Assembly: GCA_016839815.1 (NCBI GenBank)
Contig: JAEOTM010000041.1
Coordinates: 1 to 64,000 of the forward strand
Direction: 5' to 3'
DNA length: 64,000 bases
Source of the DNA: Candidatus Hodarchaeota archaeon
Lineage (GTDB): Archaea; Asgardarchaeota; Heimdallarchaeia; Hodarchaeales; Hodarchaeaceae
Below the pieces are notes generated by a model. It did no database searches and was not told the DNA's origin. It was given only the letters and a program-made list of their open reading frames with translations. A program made the position numbers and the translations under genes. Each line of letters begins with the position of its first letter. The stretch's first letter is position 1. Of this stretch, positions 30,376 through 38,735 are shown piece after piece.

Positions 30376-30563
30376 TTTAGTGAACCTCACAACTAACAAT
30401 AATCAGATTTGTCTGTTCGGTTGAAATATAATTATAAAAGTTTTGATTGGAAAACACAACCGATTCCTTTGTTGCTGTACAAACAAATAGAGAGGAAAGA
30501 ACACAACCTAAAATACTTGTCTTCCAGAGGAAAAAAAAAGAGGGAAGTAATTTAAGTTCTCTT

Positions 30564-31187
30564 TTATCGACTTTCTGCTGTATCTAGGACAATACCCAAG
30601 CCTAAAGCAACACGAGGATCAAGTTTACCTTCTGAATCGGCTTGGAAATCAAGAATATAATTATCTCCAATTGTAAATTTGCGATCAAAGAAACCTATCT
30701 TTTTTCCCGTTTGCTTATCAATGAAATCCCACTGCAATCGAATGAATTGAATGAAAAAATCAAAAGCATTTAACACAGGTAACCACCGAAGATTCCGAAC
30801 TAGTGAGATGAGTAATGACCGAGCTTGTACCGTCACTAATTCCTCTGAAGTTTGTGGATCTCGTATAGTCCATTTTTCTCTAAGGAGACTCCGTAAAAAG
30901 TGTCGTTTGAGTACTCCTACTACTTTATTTGAATTAGGATCAACTACTGAAAACTTTCCAAAAGCATCAAACATAGCTTCATCTTGGATGGTTAAAGCTT
31001 GTTTGCCTTCAGTGGTATCTTCAGATTCCCATACGTCGATATTTGTCTTCAGACCAAATCGTTTCCTTTTTGCCCAAAGCATATTCTGATTAGTATCAGG
31101 ATCTCTAATGTGATAAGCTTCTTGCAGGGATAACTGTCGTCTATGCCGTTGCGCGATTCCAAATTTTCTTCGATTCCAAATACTCAT
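30564..31187 (-). CDS. LURP-one/scramblase/Tubby-C-like beta-barrel protein
   Basis: Repeated beta units (FSVVD…VVGVLKR…W, WDFID…IGFFDRKFTIGDNYILD) with C-terminal hydrophobic helix LDPRVALGLGIVLD. Confidence 0.75.
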   Translation of the reverse strand: MSIWNRRKFGIAQRHRRQLSLQEAYHIRDPDTNQNMLWAKRKRFGLKTNIDVWESEDTTEGKQALTIQDEAMFDAFGKFSVVDPNSNKVVGVLKRHFLRSLLREKWTIRDPQTSEELVTVQARSLLISLVRNLRWLPVLNAFDFFIQFIRLQWDFIDKQTGKKIGFFDRKFTIGDNYILDFQADSEGKLDPRVALGLGIVLDTAESR

Positions 31188-31265
31188 GATTTATTTCACC
31201 AAGTATGATTATTTTTCCAGTTTCTAATATAAAAGAGTTTTTTAACAATAAATCTTTGAATAAGA

Positions 31266-31742
31266 ATGATTAACTTTATGTCTACTGGAAAAGCTCTCGA
31301 TGGGCTTGGATTGGTTTTCGCAGTCATCGAGTATAATAAAAGGCCAGAAGTTCTTTGGAGCGGTTCCACTTGGCATGCAGAAATTTCTTCTTGGGATCTC
31401 TTGATAAAAATACTTGCAGCAAAGAATAATCTCGAAGATATTGGTTGGAATTTTCTTCCTCTGATTTGGGAGAGTCGAGATACAAACCATGAAGTCGAAA
31501 TTTTTGCCTTGACAAAATTTTTTCTCATCCCAGGAATTGGAACGGCTTATCTTGTCGTATACCATCAGATGGCTGAAATTCTAACCCAATTTTTACTCTT
31601 AGAGGAAGAAAACATTGCCTATACGTTTGAGGGGCTTTTATCCCAGCATCTAACCAACCAACGACTCAATAATGAACAACTTAAACAGATCCGGATCACT
31701 TGTCAACATTACTATGAAATCTTATCGACAATACAAACGTAA
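31266..31742 (+). CDS. Hypothetical protein, possible longin/uDENN-like fold
   Basis: Best-composed of the overlapping ORFs, 5 nt from the downstream ORF; LVFAVIEYNKRPEVLW beta-hairpin start. Confidence 0.55.
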   Translation: MINFMSTGKALDGLGLVFAVIEYNKRPEVLWSGSTWHAEISSWDLLIKILAAKNNLEDIGWNFLPLIWESRDTNHEVEIFALTKFFLIPGIGTAYLVVYHQMAEILTQFLLLEEENIAYTFEGLLSQHLTNQRLNNEQLKQIRITCQHYYEILSTIQT

Positions 31743-31747
31743 CAATT

Positions 31748-32539
31748 ATGAATCTAATCTTACAACTTGTTTTTCCCTCGAAGGTTGGATTTAATTTGGA
31801 GAAACAATATCACATTAATGTTTCAAGTCAAGAAATTGAAGATAGTCAACATCTCCTTATCTGTGGAGATCCAGGAAGGGTACATCGCATCTCTTCTCTC
31901 TTAGATAATCCACGAGAAATTTCTTTTAATCGCGAATACCGCATTCACATAGGATATTTGAATAACACTCCGATCCTTGTTTCCTCATGTGGAATAGGGG
32001 CGCCTTCTACAGCCATTGGGATAGAAGAATTCGGGAAGCTTGGTGTAAAGACAATTATTCGGGTTGGGACATCAGGTATTCTATCCCGAAATGTTAAGCT
32101 TGGAGATCTTGTTTCCGCAACTGGTGCCATACGAGATGAAGGAACTACCCACGAGTACATTCTCCCTGCGTTTCCTGCTGTTGCACATCCTGATGTCATT
32201 TTTGCAATACGAGAGGCAGTAACTCACTTGAATCTTCAAGATCGATTCCACGAAGGAATTGTTCATTCAAAAGACGCTTTTTATTCTGAAACTCCTGAAT
32301 TAATCCCGGATTCGGCGAATGCGAAAAGTAAGTGGACTGCTTGGATTAATGCAAAGACATTGATTACCGAGATGGAATGCTCAACACTTTTCGTAATCAG
32401 TTCCATACGAGGTTGGCGTGCTGGTGGTATAATGGCAGCTATTGGAGATACTGAATCAGGTGAAGTCATTATCGATCATATGAAGGGGCAAAAAGAAGCG
32501 ATTGCGATAGCTGTCGAAGCTATCAAACGTTTATTATAA
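31748..32539 (+). CDS. udp: Uridine/nucleoside phosphorylase (likely start TTG 31796)
   Basis: QYHI, CGDPGRV, NREY, GIGAPS, IRVGTSG, AIRDEGTT, DAFY, EME. Confidence 0.9.
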   Translation: MNLILQLVFPSKVGFNLEKQYHINVSSQEIEDSQHLLICGDPGRVHRISSLLDNPREISFNREYRIHIGYLNNTPILVSSCGIGAPSTAIGIEEFGKLGVKTIIRVGTSGILSRNVKLGDLVSATGAIRDEGTTHEYILPAFPAVAHPDVIFAIREAVTHLNLQDRFHEGIVHSKDAFYSETPELIPDSANAKSKWTAWINAKTLITEMECSTLFVISSIRGWRAGGIMAAIGDTESGEVIIDHMKGQKEAIAIAVEAIKRLL

Positions 32540-32551
32540 ATACAATTATTT

Positions 32552-33784
32552 TTATTCCGAAGATCGCAATTTCTCAATAGTTTTAGTTACTATCTGCTCA
32601 GAGAGTCCAATGTAACTCTCGGGACTGATTTTTTTCTCTGAAATGAAATCTTTGGCTCGAGAATAAGCCGCTTGACGTCCTAATCCCTGTTCAGTAACAA
32701 GTTCTACCATTTTCTTTTCCATAAATATCGCAGGGTCGATCTGTACATTCCTTCGAATATTCTCGGGGTAGAAAGTTAGACCAACAAAGATCCTAGTCAT
32801 CCTCTTAATCATAAAATGGGTTAGAATTACTGTTTCAGGAATTATAATTCGTTCATTAGCACTATTTGTGAGATCTCGTTCGTGTTCTAAAGAAATATTT
32901 TCCAATGCAGGAAGAATATTTGTGCGCACACGTTTGGCTAGGGAACATAAATTTTCGCTAAGAACGGGATTCCTCTTGTGAGGCATTGTCGAGGAACCTG
33001 TCTGAAGTTCTGCAAAAGGTTCTGCAATTTCTTGAATTTCAGATCTCTGTAAATTCCGTATTTCTCTTGCCATTTTCTCAATTATCGAGACAACTGCAAT
33101 TAGGTGAAAGAGATACTTCGCAATATTCACTCGACTTACAACTTGGTTTGATATTAATGGAGCAGAAAGGCCTAATATTTCCATAACTCGCTTCTGTAGT
33201 TCCATACCTTTCTCCCCAAAACTAGCAAAAGTTCCTACAGCTCCGCTCATTTTTCCATAAAAATTCATTTTATTAAGTTCGGCTAAGCATTCGGTGAGCT
33301 CATAAGCCCACAAGGCAAATTTCATTCCAAAAGTCATTGGTATAGCATGTTGGCCGTGTGTTCTTCCAATGCAAACAAGACGTTTCGTTTCCTCAGCTTT
33401 ACTCAATAGAAGATTCTTTAATATCCATAAATCGGCAATGATTACTTGATTTGCCTCACGGAGCTGCAATGCCAAGGCACTATCAACAATATCTGAACTT
33501 GTTGCTCCAATATGAGCTTTATCACAACCAGAAACCCGTGTAAGTGCCTCTACTAAAGCCATGATATCGTGACGAGTTTCTTTCTCAATTTCCTTAACCA
33601 AACCGACAGTTACCTTATTTTTTGCTCTGAATAATAGATTATAATCATTTTGAGTAATAATTCCGTTCTCAAGATGAGTCTGTGCTAATGCAAATTCTAC
33701 CTGTAACATTTTACTAAGTCTAGAGTGTTCTTCAAAAATATCTGCAATCTCAGTTCTGTATCTTTCCTCTATCGGGTGAATCAT
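32552..33784 (-). CDS. purB: Adenylosuccinate lyase
   Basis: ETRHD, HIGATSSD, GRTHGQHA, GAVGT, GSSTMPHKRNP, HERDLTNS. Confidence 0.95.
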   Translation of the reverse strand: MIHPIEERYRTEIADIFEEHSRLSKMLQVEFALAQTHLENGIITQNDYNLLFRAKNKVTVGLVKEIEKETRHDIMALVEALTRVSGCDKAHIGATSSDIVDSALALQLREANQVIIADLWILKNLLLSKAEETKRLVCIGRTHGQHAIPMTFGMKFALWAYELTECLAELNKMNFYGKMSGAVGTFASFGEKGMELQKRVMEILGLSAPLISNQVVSRVNIAKYLFHLIAVVSIIEKMAREIRNLQRSEIQEIAEPFAELQTGSSTMPHKRNPVLSENLCSLAKRVRTNILPALENISLEHERDLTNSANERIIIPETVILTHFMIKRMTRIFVGLTFYPENIRRNVQIDPAIFMEKKMVELVTEQGLGRQAAYSRAKDFISEKKISPESYIGLSEQIVTKTIEKLRSSE

Positions 33785-33785
33785 C

Positions 33786-34793
33786 TTATCCCTCTCTATC
33801 AATAATTTCTATATCTGCAGGACCTGTACCAATAAAAGTAAACCTCATATCTATCTCTTTTTCACGATCAGATATCCATAATTTTGCTTCCTCAGATAAG
33901 TCATCAAAGCTAGTTTTTCCTTGATCAGTAGGAAACAAAATATCTAGTTTAGTTAAAGCTATTTTTGTTGCAGAATTCAGCTGAATACTCCTTTTAGCTA
34001 ATTCTGCATTAAATGGGGCAGCTCTTCGAAGACGTTTAGTAACTGTACCATATTCAGTCCAGCCTCTTTTAATTGTTTCCTCTTCAGTTAGTTCCCCTGG
34101 TAATAATCCTTCACCAACCCTTGTTACATATGCTTTCAGTACAAGTGTTACATCGGTTACGACTGTTGGCCCTATACCTACATCTGCGCATATAGATGAA
34201 GCAGTTACATCTTTTGTAGTAACAAATGGATATGTTCCATGGAATAATGATAAGTATGTAGCCTGAGTACCTTCTAGTAGAATTGATTCTTTATTAGCAA
34301 GACCTCTGTGTATCTCTCCTGGTACATCTGTTAAAAATGGCTTAAGTTTTGGGATTTCCTTCGCTAACTTTAATTTTCTCCGAACTCTCTCTTCATTTGC
34401 AGGACCCGATCCCGAACCAGTTGTTCCTACTTTTTTGACTAGATGTGGATCAGTTGTATCGATCTTTCGATGAGACTCTTCAATGATTCCACACTGGTGA
34501 TCTACAAAGGTTTTCCCTTTCATCTCTGTCTTCTCAACTTCGTCAAGAAAAACATCCGGGTTAACCAGGACTCCTGGGCCAATCAGTAATTTTTGTACAT
34601 TTTTACCCCCTATACCAGAGGGGATCATGCGAAGTTTATATTCAACCCCATCAACCACAATAGTATGTCCTGCATTTGGTCCCACACCCCCTCTAGCTAC
34701 TATAGTGGCTTGACGTTTATTCACAAGGTGACTAATAATTTTCCCCTTACCTTCATCCCCCCAAAATCCTCCAACGACTATATCGACACTCAT
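33786..34793 (-). CDS. purA: Adenylosuccinate synthetase, short archaeal type
   Basis: GGFWGDEGKGK, GPNAGHT, GTTGSG, EGTQ, GTYPFVT, TRVG, GTVTKRLRR, TKLD. Confidence 0.96.
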   Translation of the reverse strand: MSVDIVVGGFWGDEGKGKIISHLVNKRQATIVARGGVGPNAGHTIVVDGVEYKLRMIPSGIGGKNVQKLLIGPGVLVNPDVFLDEVEKTEMKGKTFVDHQCGIIEESHRKIDTTDPHLVKKVGTTGSGSGPANEERVRRKLKLAKEIPKLKPFLTDVPGEIHRGLANKESILLEGTQATYLSLFHGTYPFVTTKDVTASSICADVGIGPTVVTDVTLVLKAYVTRVGEGLLPGELTEEETIKRGWTEYGTVTKRLRRAAPFNAELAKRSIQLNSATKIALTKLDILFPTDQGKTSFDDLSEEAKLWISDREKEIDMRFTFIGTGPADIEIIDREG

Positions 34794-35398
34794 TTATTGA
34801 CCTTCTTAAGTTCTAAAAAATCCTTTACTGCTTGTTTATTTATTCCGACTTTATCAATAAAAAATTCCTCACACTCTTCGGTATTCATATTTTTATCATT
34901 TAACATGTCATTCATAAATTCAAAACGCTCGTGTGGGAAAACGATCCATGAAGAAGTTTCTTCTACATAGAAATTCGGTTTTAAAATGCTCCACGGTTTA
35001 AAATACAAAGTACCTACTTTCACTTCTAGGGGTTTTTTCATTCGCAAATATTGAAGAGCGAAATCAAGAGAGACACCACTATCTGCTACATCATCTATTA
35101 ATAAGATTCGCTTCCCATAAATATGTCCAGGAAGATCCTGATAAATAATGGGTTCTTTGTTTGTCTTATCAATCCCAGAATAGAATCCTATTTGCATTAT
35201 CGCAAGAGTAACCTTCTGTTTATCAGACAAGTATAGATCTGAAAGAATTCGAGCGGGAACCAGTCCCCCTCGTGATACTCCAGCCATAATATCTGGCTTG
35301 AAGCTACTTTTTTTGATCATCATATATAGCTGGAAGCTTAAATTCTGTATATGATCCCAGCTAGGTGCAGTATAAGTTATTTCCTTCTCTTTCTTCAA
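34790..35398 (-). CDS. Type I phosphoribosyltransferase, purine salvage (COG2236 type)
   Basis: SWDHI, SRGGLVPARILSD, PRPP motif ILLIDDVADSGVSL, WIVFPHE; operon with purA/purB. Confidence 0.88.
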   Translation of the reverse strand: MKKEKEITYTAPSWDHIQNLSFQLYMMIKKSSFKPDIMAGVSRGGLVPARILSDLYLSDKQKVTLAIMQIGFYSGIDKTNKEPIIYQDLPGHIYGKRILLIDDVADSGVSLDFALQYLRMKKPLEVKVGTLYFKPWSILKPNFYVEETSSWIVFPHERFEFMNDMLNDKNMNTEECEEFFIDKVGINKQAVKDFLELKKVNK

Positions 35399-35533
35399 TC
35401 AAAAATCTCCAGTACGCAACCTGTAGAAAGACAGAAGATGTTTTACTTTGTAATTTATCTCTTTTCGCATAGAACTGGTAGTACGAAGAGATTTCTTCAA
35501 GAAAACTAATCTTTAAAGGGGGTGGAATTTTCC

Positions 35534-37792
35534 TTATTCCTCTTTTATTAACGAATTAGGAATCCACATCTGGAATTCATTCCCATAGGGGAAATATGGG
35601 ATGATTTTTAATTCCCCCTTGAGGTAGTCCATAACCACAGCGGCTAGAGTAATACCTATATAGAACCCATGACTCTCCCACTTATCAGTAATTTTGGATG
35701 TCAACGTATCACAGATATCTTTGGGAATTGGAGGTGAAACATAATCTCGTATAATTAAACAGAGATTATGGTCATGTGAATGAGCGTTTATGACTATAGG
35801 TGAATTAGGTGCTGGATTTTCTGCAGAATGAAGTAAAAACAACATTAATTCATTAATCGCATACGGAAGATAACCACTATGAGATATTGTTAATTCTGGA
35901 ATGTCAACTTCAATCAATCGGGATGAACTTCTGGGTAAATCTTTAATAAACTTTCTCAGGGAGATTTCTTGTGTGAATAAAGATTCTGAAGGAAAGGAGG
36001 ATCTTTGAAGAACTTCAAAAATCATGGTTACTAGATCAATTGTTTTAGAAGAGCGATTAGCAATCGATACAATTTCTCTTGCTTCATCTGTTTGAAGCAA
36101 TTGTTCCGAACCATTTGCTACAGAGAGAAATTCAAGATTACTAACTATTTTCTGAAGATCATTCCGCAAAAAATGACTCATCATTGCATGATATCGTTCT
36201 TCTTCAAGTTTAATTTGTTTGATGGTTTCTTCTGCATATTTTCTTTCTGAAATATCTTCTATGATTCCATCATGCCATTGCCCGTTTGGGGAAACACGAG
36301 CTGAAATTGAAGCCCAAAAATAGATTCCATCTCTGGTCTTCATTAATACATCTTTGATATTCAATTCTCCTTTACTATATAATTCTTCTACAAACCAGAG
36401 TCGATCCTCTGAGTTTGCATACAGATCGGAAAGCGCAGTTGAGGCAATTTCATGAAATGATGTATACCCAAACATTGAGATAAATGCCTGATTTGCTTGT
36501 AACAGACGTCCCTGACTACTTACACGAAAAATGCCTGTATTAATGTTCTCTACTAGAGTACGATATTTTTCTTCACTTTCCACTAGTCGTGATTCAGATA
36601 ATTTTCTCTCTGTTATATCCCGTGTAATGGTCATAAAAGATACAGGTTCCCCTTGAGAATCTTCGATCACTGTGATAAGAAATTCAGCAGGAAATGTACT
36701 TCCATCTAATCGAATTGAGGTATATTCAAATCGAAAAATTCTTTTTTCGGCTAGAGTTTTTTCAGCGACAGCTATAGCATATTGTTGGTCTTCTGGAACT
36801 ATTAGATCAAGCGCGTTTAGTCCTATTAACTCTTCAGAGGTGGATACTCCGTAAAAATTTAACGCTTGCTCATTAGTAGTGATGATATTAAAATCTAAAT
36901 CTGTTACAGTAATTGTGTCTGGATTTAACTCAATTAAATTTCGATATCTGTCTTGAGCTTCTTTTTCACTTGTAATATCGGTTAGTAATCCGAAAGATCC
37001 GACTAATTCTTCTTCTTCATTCAATAGAACTGTCCCTGCAACTCTAACTTGGATTAAGGACTGATCTTTGTATTTAAGGGATAGTTCGTATATTGAAGAT
37101 GGAATACCATCTGAGAATCTTTCCTTCACTTTTTCTTGGAAAATTGTTACTGAATTCTCTGCTAGAAATTCCTCAACTTTTCTTCCTAGCATTTCATTCA
37201 GAGACCAGCCCAGCATTTTTTCTATGGTAGGATTTACGTAAAGGGTTTTATTCTCTAAATCTGTAATCCAAACTCCTTCTAAAGCTGTTTCAACTAATGT
37301 TTGATATCTGCTCTCACTAACTCTAAGCTCATGTGTGCTATGAGCAAATCCTAACATTCCAACAATTTGACCATTTTCTTTTTGTGGAGAACCCTTGATC
37401 TCAAAAGGTTTGTAAATACCAGATTTTGTTAAAACACGTATTTCGGGAGTGGGGAAGGTATCTCCATCTGTAATTGTTGTAAATCCCCGTATTACCGCAT
37501 CTAAATCATCTGGATGGATTTTAGGCTGAAATGGTTTCCCAATCCACTCTTCAGCTGTCCATCCCAAGAGTTTTTCTACTGCTGGATTAATGGATGTGAT
37601 ATTTCCCTCTAAGTCAAGAGTAAATATTATGTCGCGAGAAGTATTAACCAGACTACGATAGAGTTTTTCCGACTTTTCTAATCTTGCAAGCGACTCCCGA
37701 TAGGATAGAAAACCTGATTTTATAAGTTCTTTCACATCTTCTGGTATATCCTTTCTAGCAAGTAAGAGATTTACCTCTTGGGTGAAAGACAT
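35534..37792 (-). CDS. Four-PAS sensor with histidine-kinase-like module, ATPase domain degenerate
   Basis: Four PAS/PAC units (IHPDD, DITSEK, DITERK, DISERK); H-box SHFLRNDL; eroded N/G1/G2 boxes. Confidence 0.85.
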   Translation of the reverse strand: MSFTQEVNLLLARKDIPEDVKELIKSGFLSYRESLARLEKSEKLYRSLVNTSRDIIFTLDLEGNITSINPAVEKLLGWTAEEWIGKPFQPKIHPDDLDAVIRGFTTITDGDTFPTPEIRVLTKSGIYKPFEIKGSPQKENGQIVGMLGFAHSTHELRVSESRYQTLVETALEGVWITDLENKTLYVNPTIEKMLGWSLNEMLGRKVEEFLAENSVTIFQEKVKERFSDGIPSSIYELSLKYKDQSLIQVRVAGTVLLNEEEELVGSFGLLTDITSEKEAQDRYRNLIELNPDTITVTDLDFNIITTNEQALNFYGVSTSEELIGLNALDLIVPEDQQYAIAVAEKTLAEKRIFRFEYTSIRLDGSTFPAEFLITVIEDSQGEPVSFMTITRDITERKLSESRLVESEEKYRTLVENINTGIFRVSSQGRLLQANQAFISMFGYTSFHEIASTALSDLYANSEDRLWFVEELYSKGELNIKDVLMKTRDGIYFWASISARVSPNGQWHDGIIEDISERKYAEETIKQIKLEEERYHAMMSHFLRNDLQKIVSNLEFLSVANGSEQLLQTDEAREIVSIANRSSKTIDLVTMIFEVLQRSSFPSESLFTQEISLRKFIKDLPRSSSRLIEVDIPELTISHSGYLPYAINELMLFLLHSAENPAPNSPIVINAHSHDHNLCLIIRDYVSPPIPKDICDTLTSKITDKWESHGFYIGITLAAVVMDYLKGELKIIPYFPYGNEFQMWIPNSLIKEE

Positions 37793-37918
37793 CGAAATCT
37801 GAGTCCAGTGGAAGAAATTAATTTGAGATTGAGAAATTAATTACGAAACTGAGCTTGATAAACTGAAATATTGTTCTTAAGAATACCTAAATAGAATATC
37901 TGGAGATGAGATGATACT

Positions 37919-38611
37919 ATGAAGTTATTAATAACGGGAGCTAATCGTGGACTAGGATTAGAATTTGTTAATCAATACTTAAACAGGGGAGACGAGGTAA
38001 TAGCTACATTTAGAGCAGATAATGACTTGTCTAATTTGAATAAGTTGAAAAATAAGTTTCAAAAAATTCTTACTCTAACTCCTATGGATGTTACATCTAA
38101 CAGTTCGCGTAATAAAGCCTTTTTAGAAGTAAAATCGAAATTCTCAAATCTAGATATACTCATTAATAATGCAGGTATGACAGGTAAACGAGAACTCACC
38201 TTTGGGAAACTTTATGAAGATGATATGATTGAAGTGTTCAAAGTTAATGCGATATCAGCTATTCTAGTTGCAGAAAAATTCTCTCCGTTGTACAAGAACA
38301 ACTCAAAGATAATCAATATTTCAAGCTGGATGGGGTCAATTTCAGCTAGACAGAATACTTCAAACTTTAGCTACTGTGCCAGTAAGGCAGCATTGAATAT
38401 GTTTTCCAAATTACTCTCTAATTCTTTACGTAGCAGGGGAGTTATTGTTGTACCAATGCATCCGGGATGGGTTAAAACCAGAATGGGTACCCAAAGTGCT
38501 CCAATTGAGAGGAAAGACTCGATTTCAGGAATGATTCAAGTCATTGACTCATTGACACTAAAAGAATCTGGGATGTTCATTGATTGGCAAGGTAAGAAGA
38601 TAGATTGGTGA
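37919..38611 (+). CDS. Short-chain dehydrogenase, CsgA/C-factor-like
   Basis: ITGANRGLG, LINNAG, ISSWMGS, YCASKAALN, HPGWVKT. Confidence 0.92.
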   Translation: MKLLITGANRGLGLEFVNQYLNRGDEVIATFRADNDLSNLNKLKNKFQKILTLTPMDVTSNSSRNKAFLEVKSKFSNLDILINNAGMTGKRELTFGKLYEDDMIEVFKVNAISAILVAEKFSPLYKNNSKIINISSWMGSISARQNTSNFSYCASKAALNMFSKLLSNSLRSRGVIVVPMHPGWVKTRMGTQSAPIERKDSISGMIQVIDSLTLKESGMFIDWQGKKIDW

Positions 38612-38652
38612 GATTTTTTTTCCAATTAGGGGATGTAGCAAATTCTTATAAT

Positions 38653-38705
38653 CTGATTACATTATAATCGAGAAGATCAGAAACTGATTACATTATAATT
38701 GAGAA
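38653..38705. repeat. 22-bp direct repeat (1 mismatch, 31-bp period), each copy palindromic; probable tandem operator upstream of the acyl-CoA ligase
   Basis: CTGATTACATTATAATCGAGAA (38653-38674) and CTGATTACATTATAATTGAGAA (38684-38705). Confidence 0.75.
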
Positions 38706-38735
38706 TTTTTTTCTCCTCAATAAATAAGAGGTTAC

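Noticed and set aside
31196-31565. Three overlapping minus-strand ORFs
   Set aside because: Antisense shadows of the better-composed + strand 158-aa gene; same reasoning applied to the other short ORFs nested in long genes
37813-37842. AGAAATTAATT direct repeat in the divergent PAS/SDR promoter
   Set aside because: Short and nearly all A/T, plausible by chance
38653-38705. Possible mini-CRISPR
   Set aside because: Only two 22-bp units with a 9-nt spacer and no cas genes
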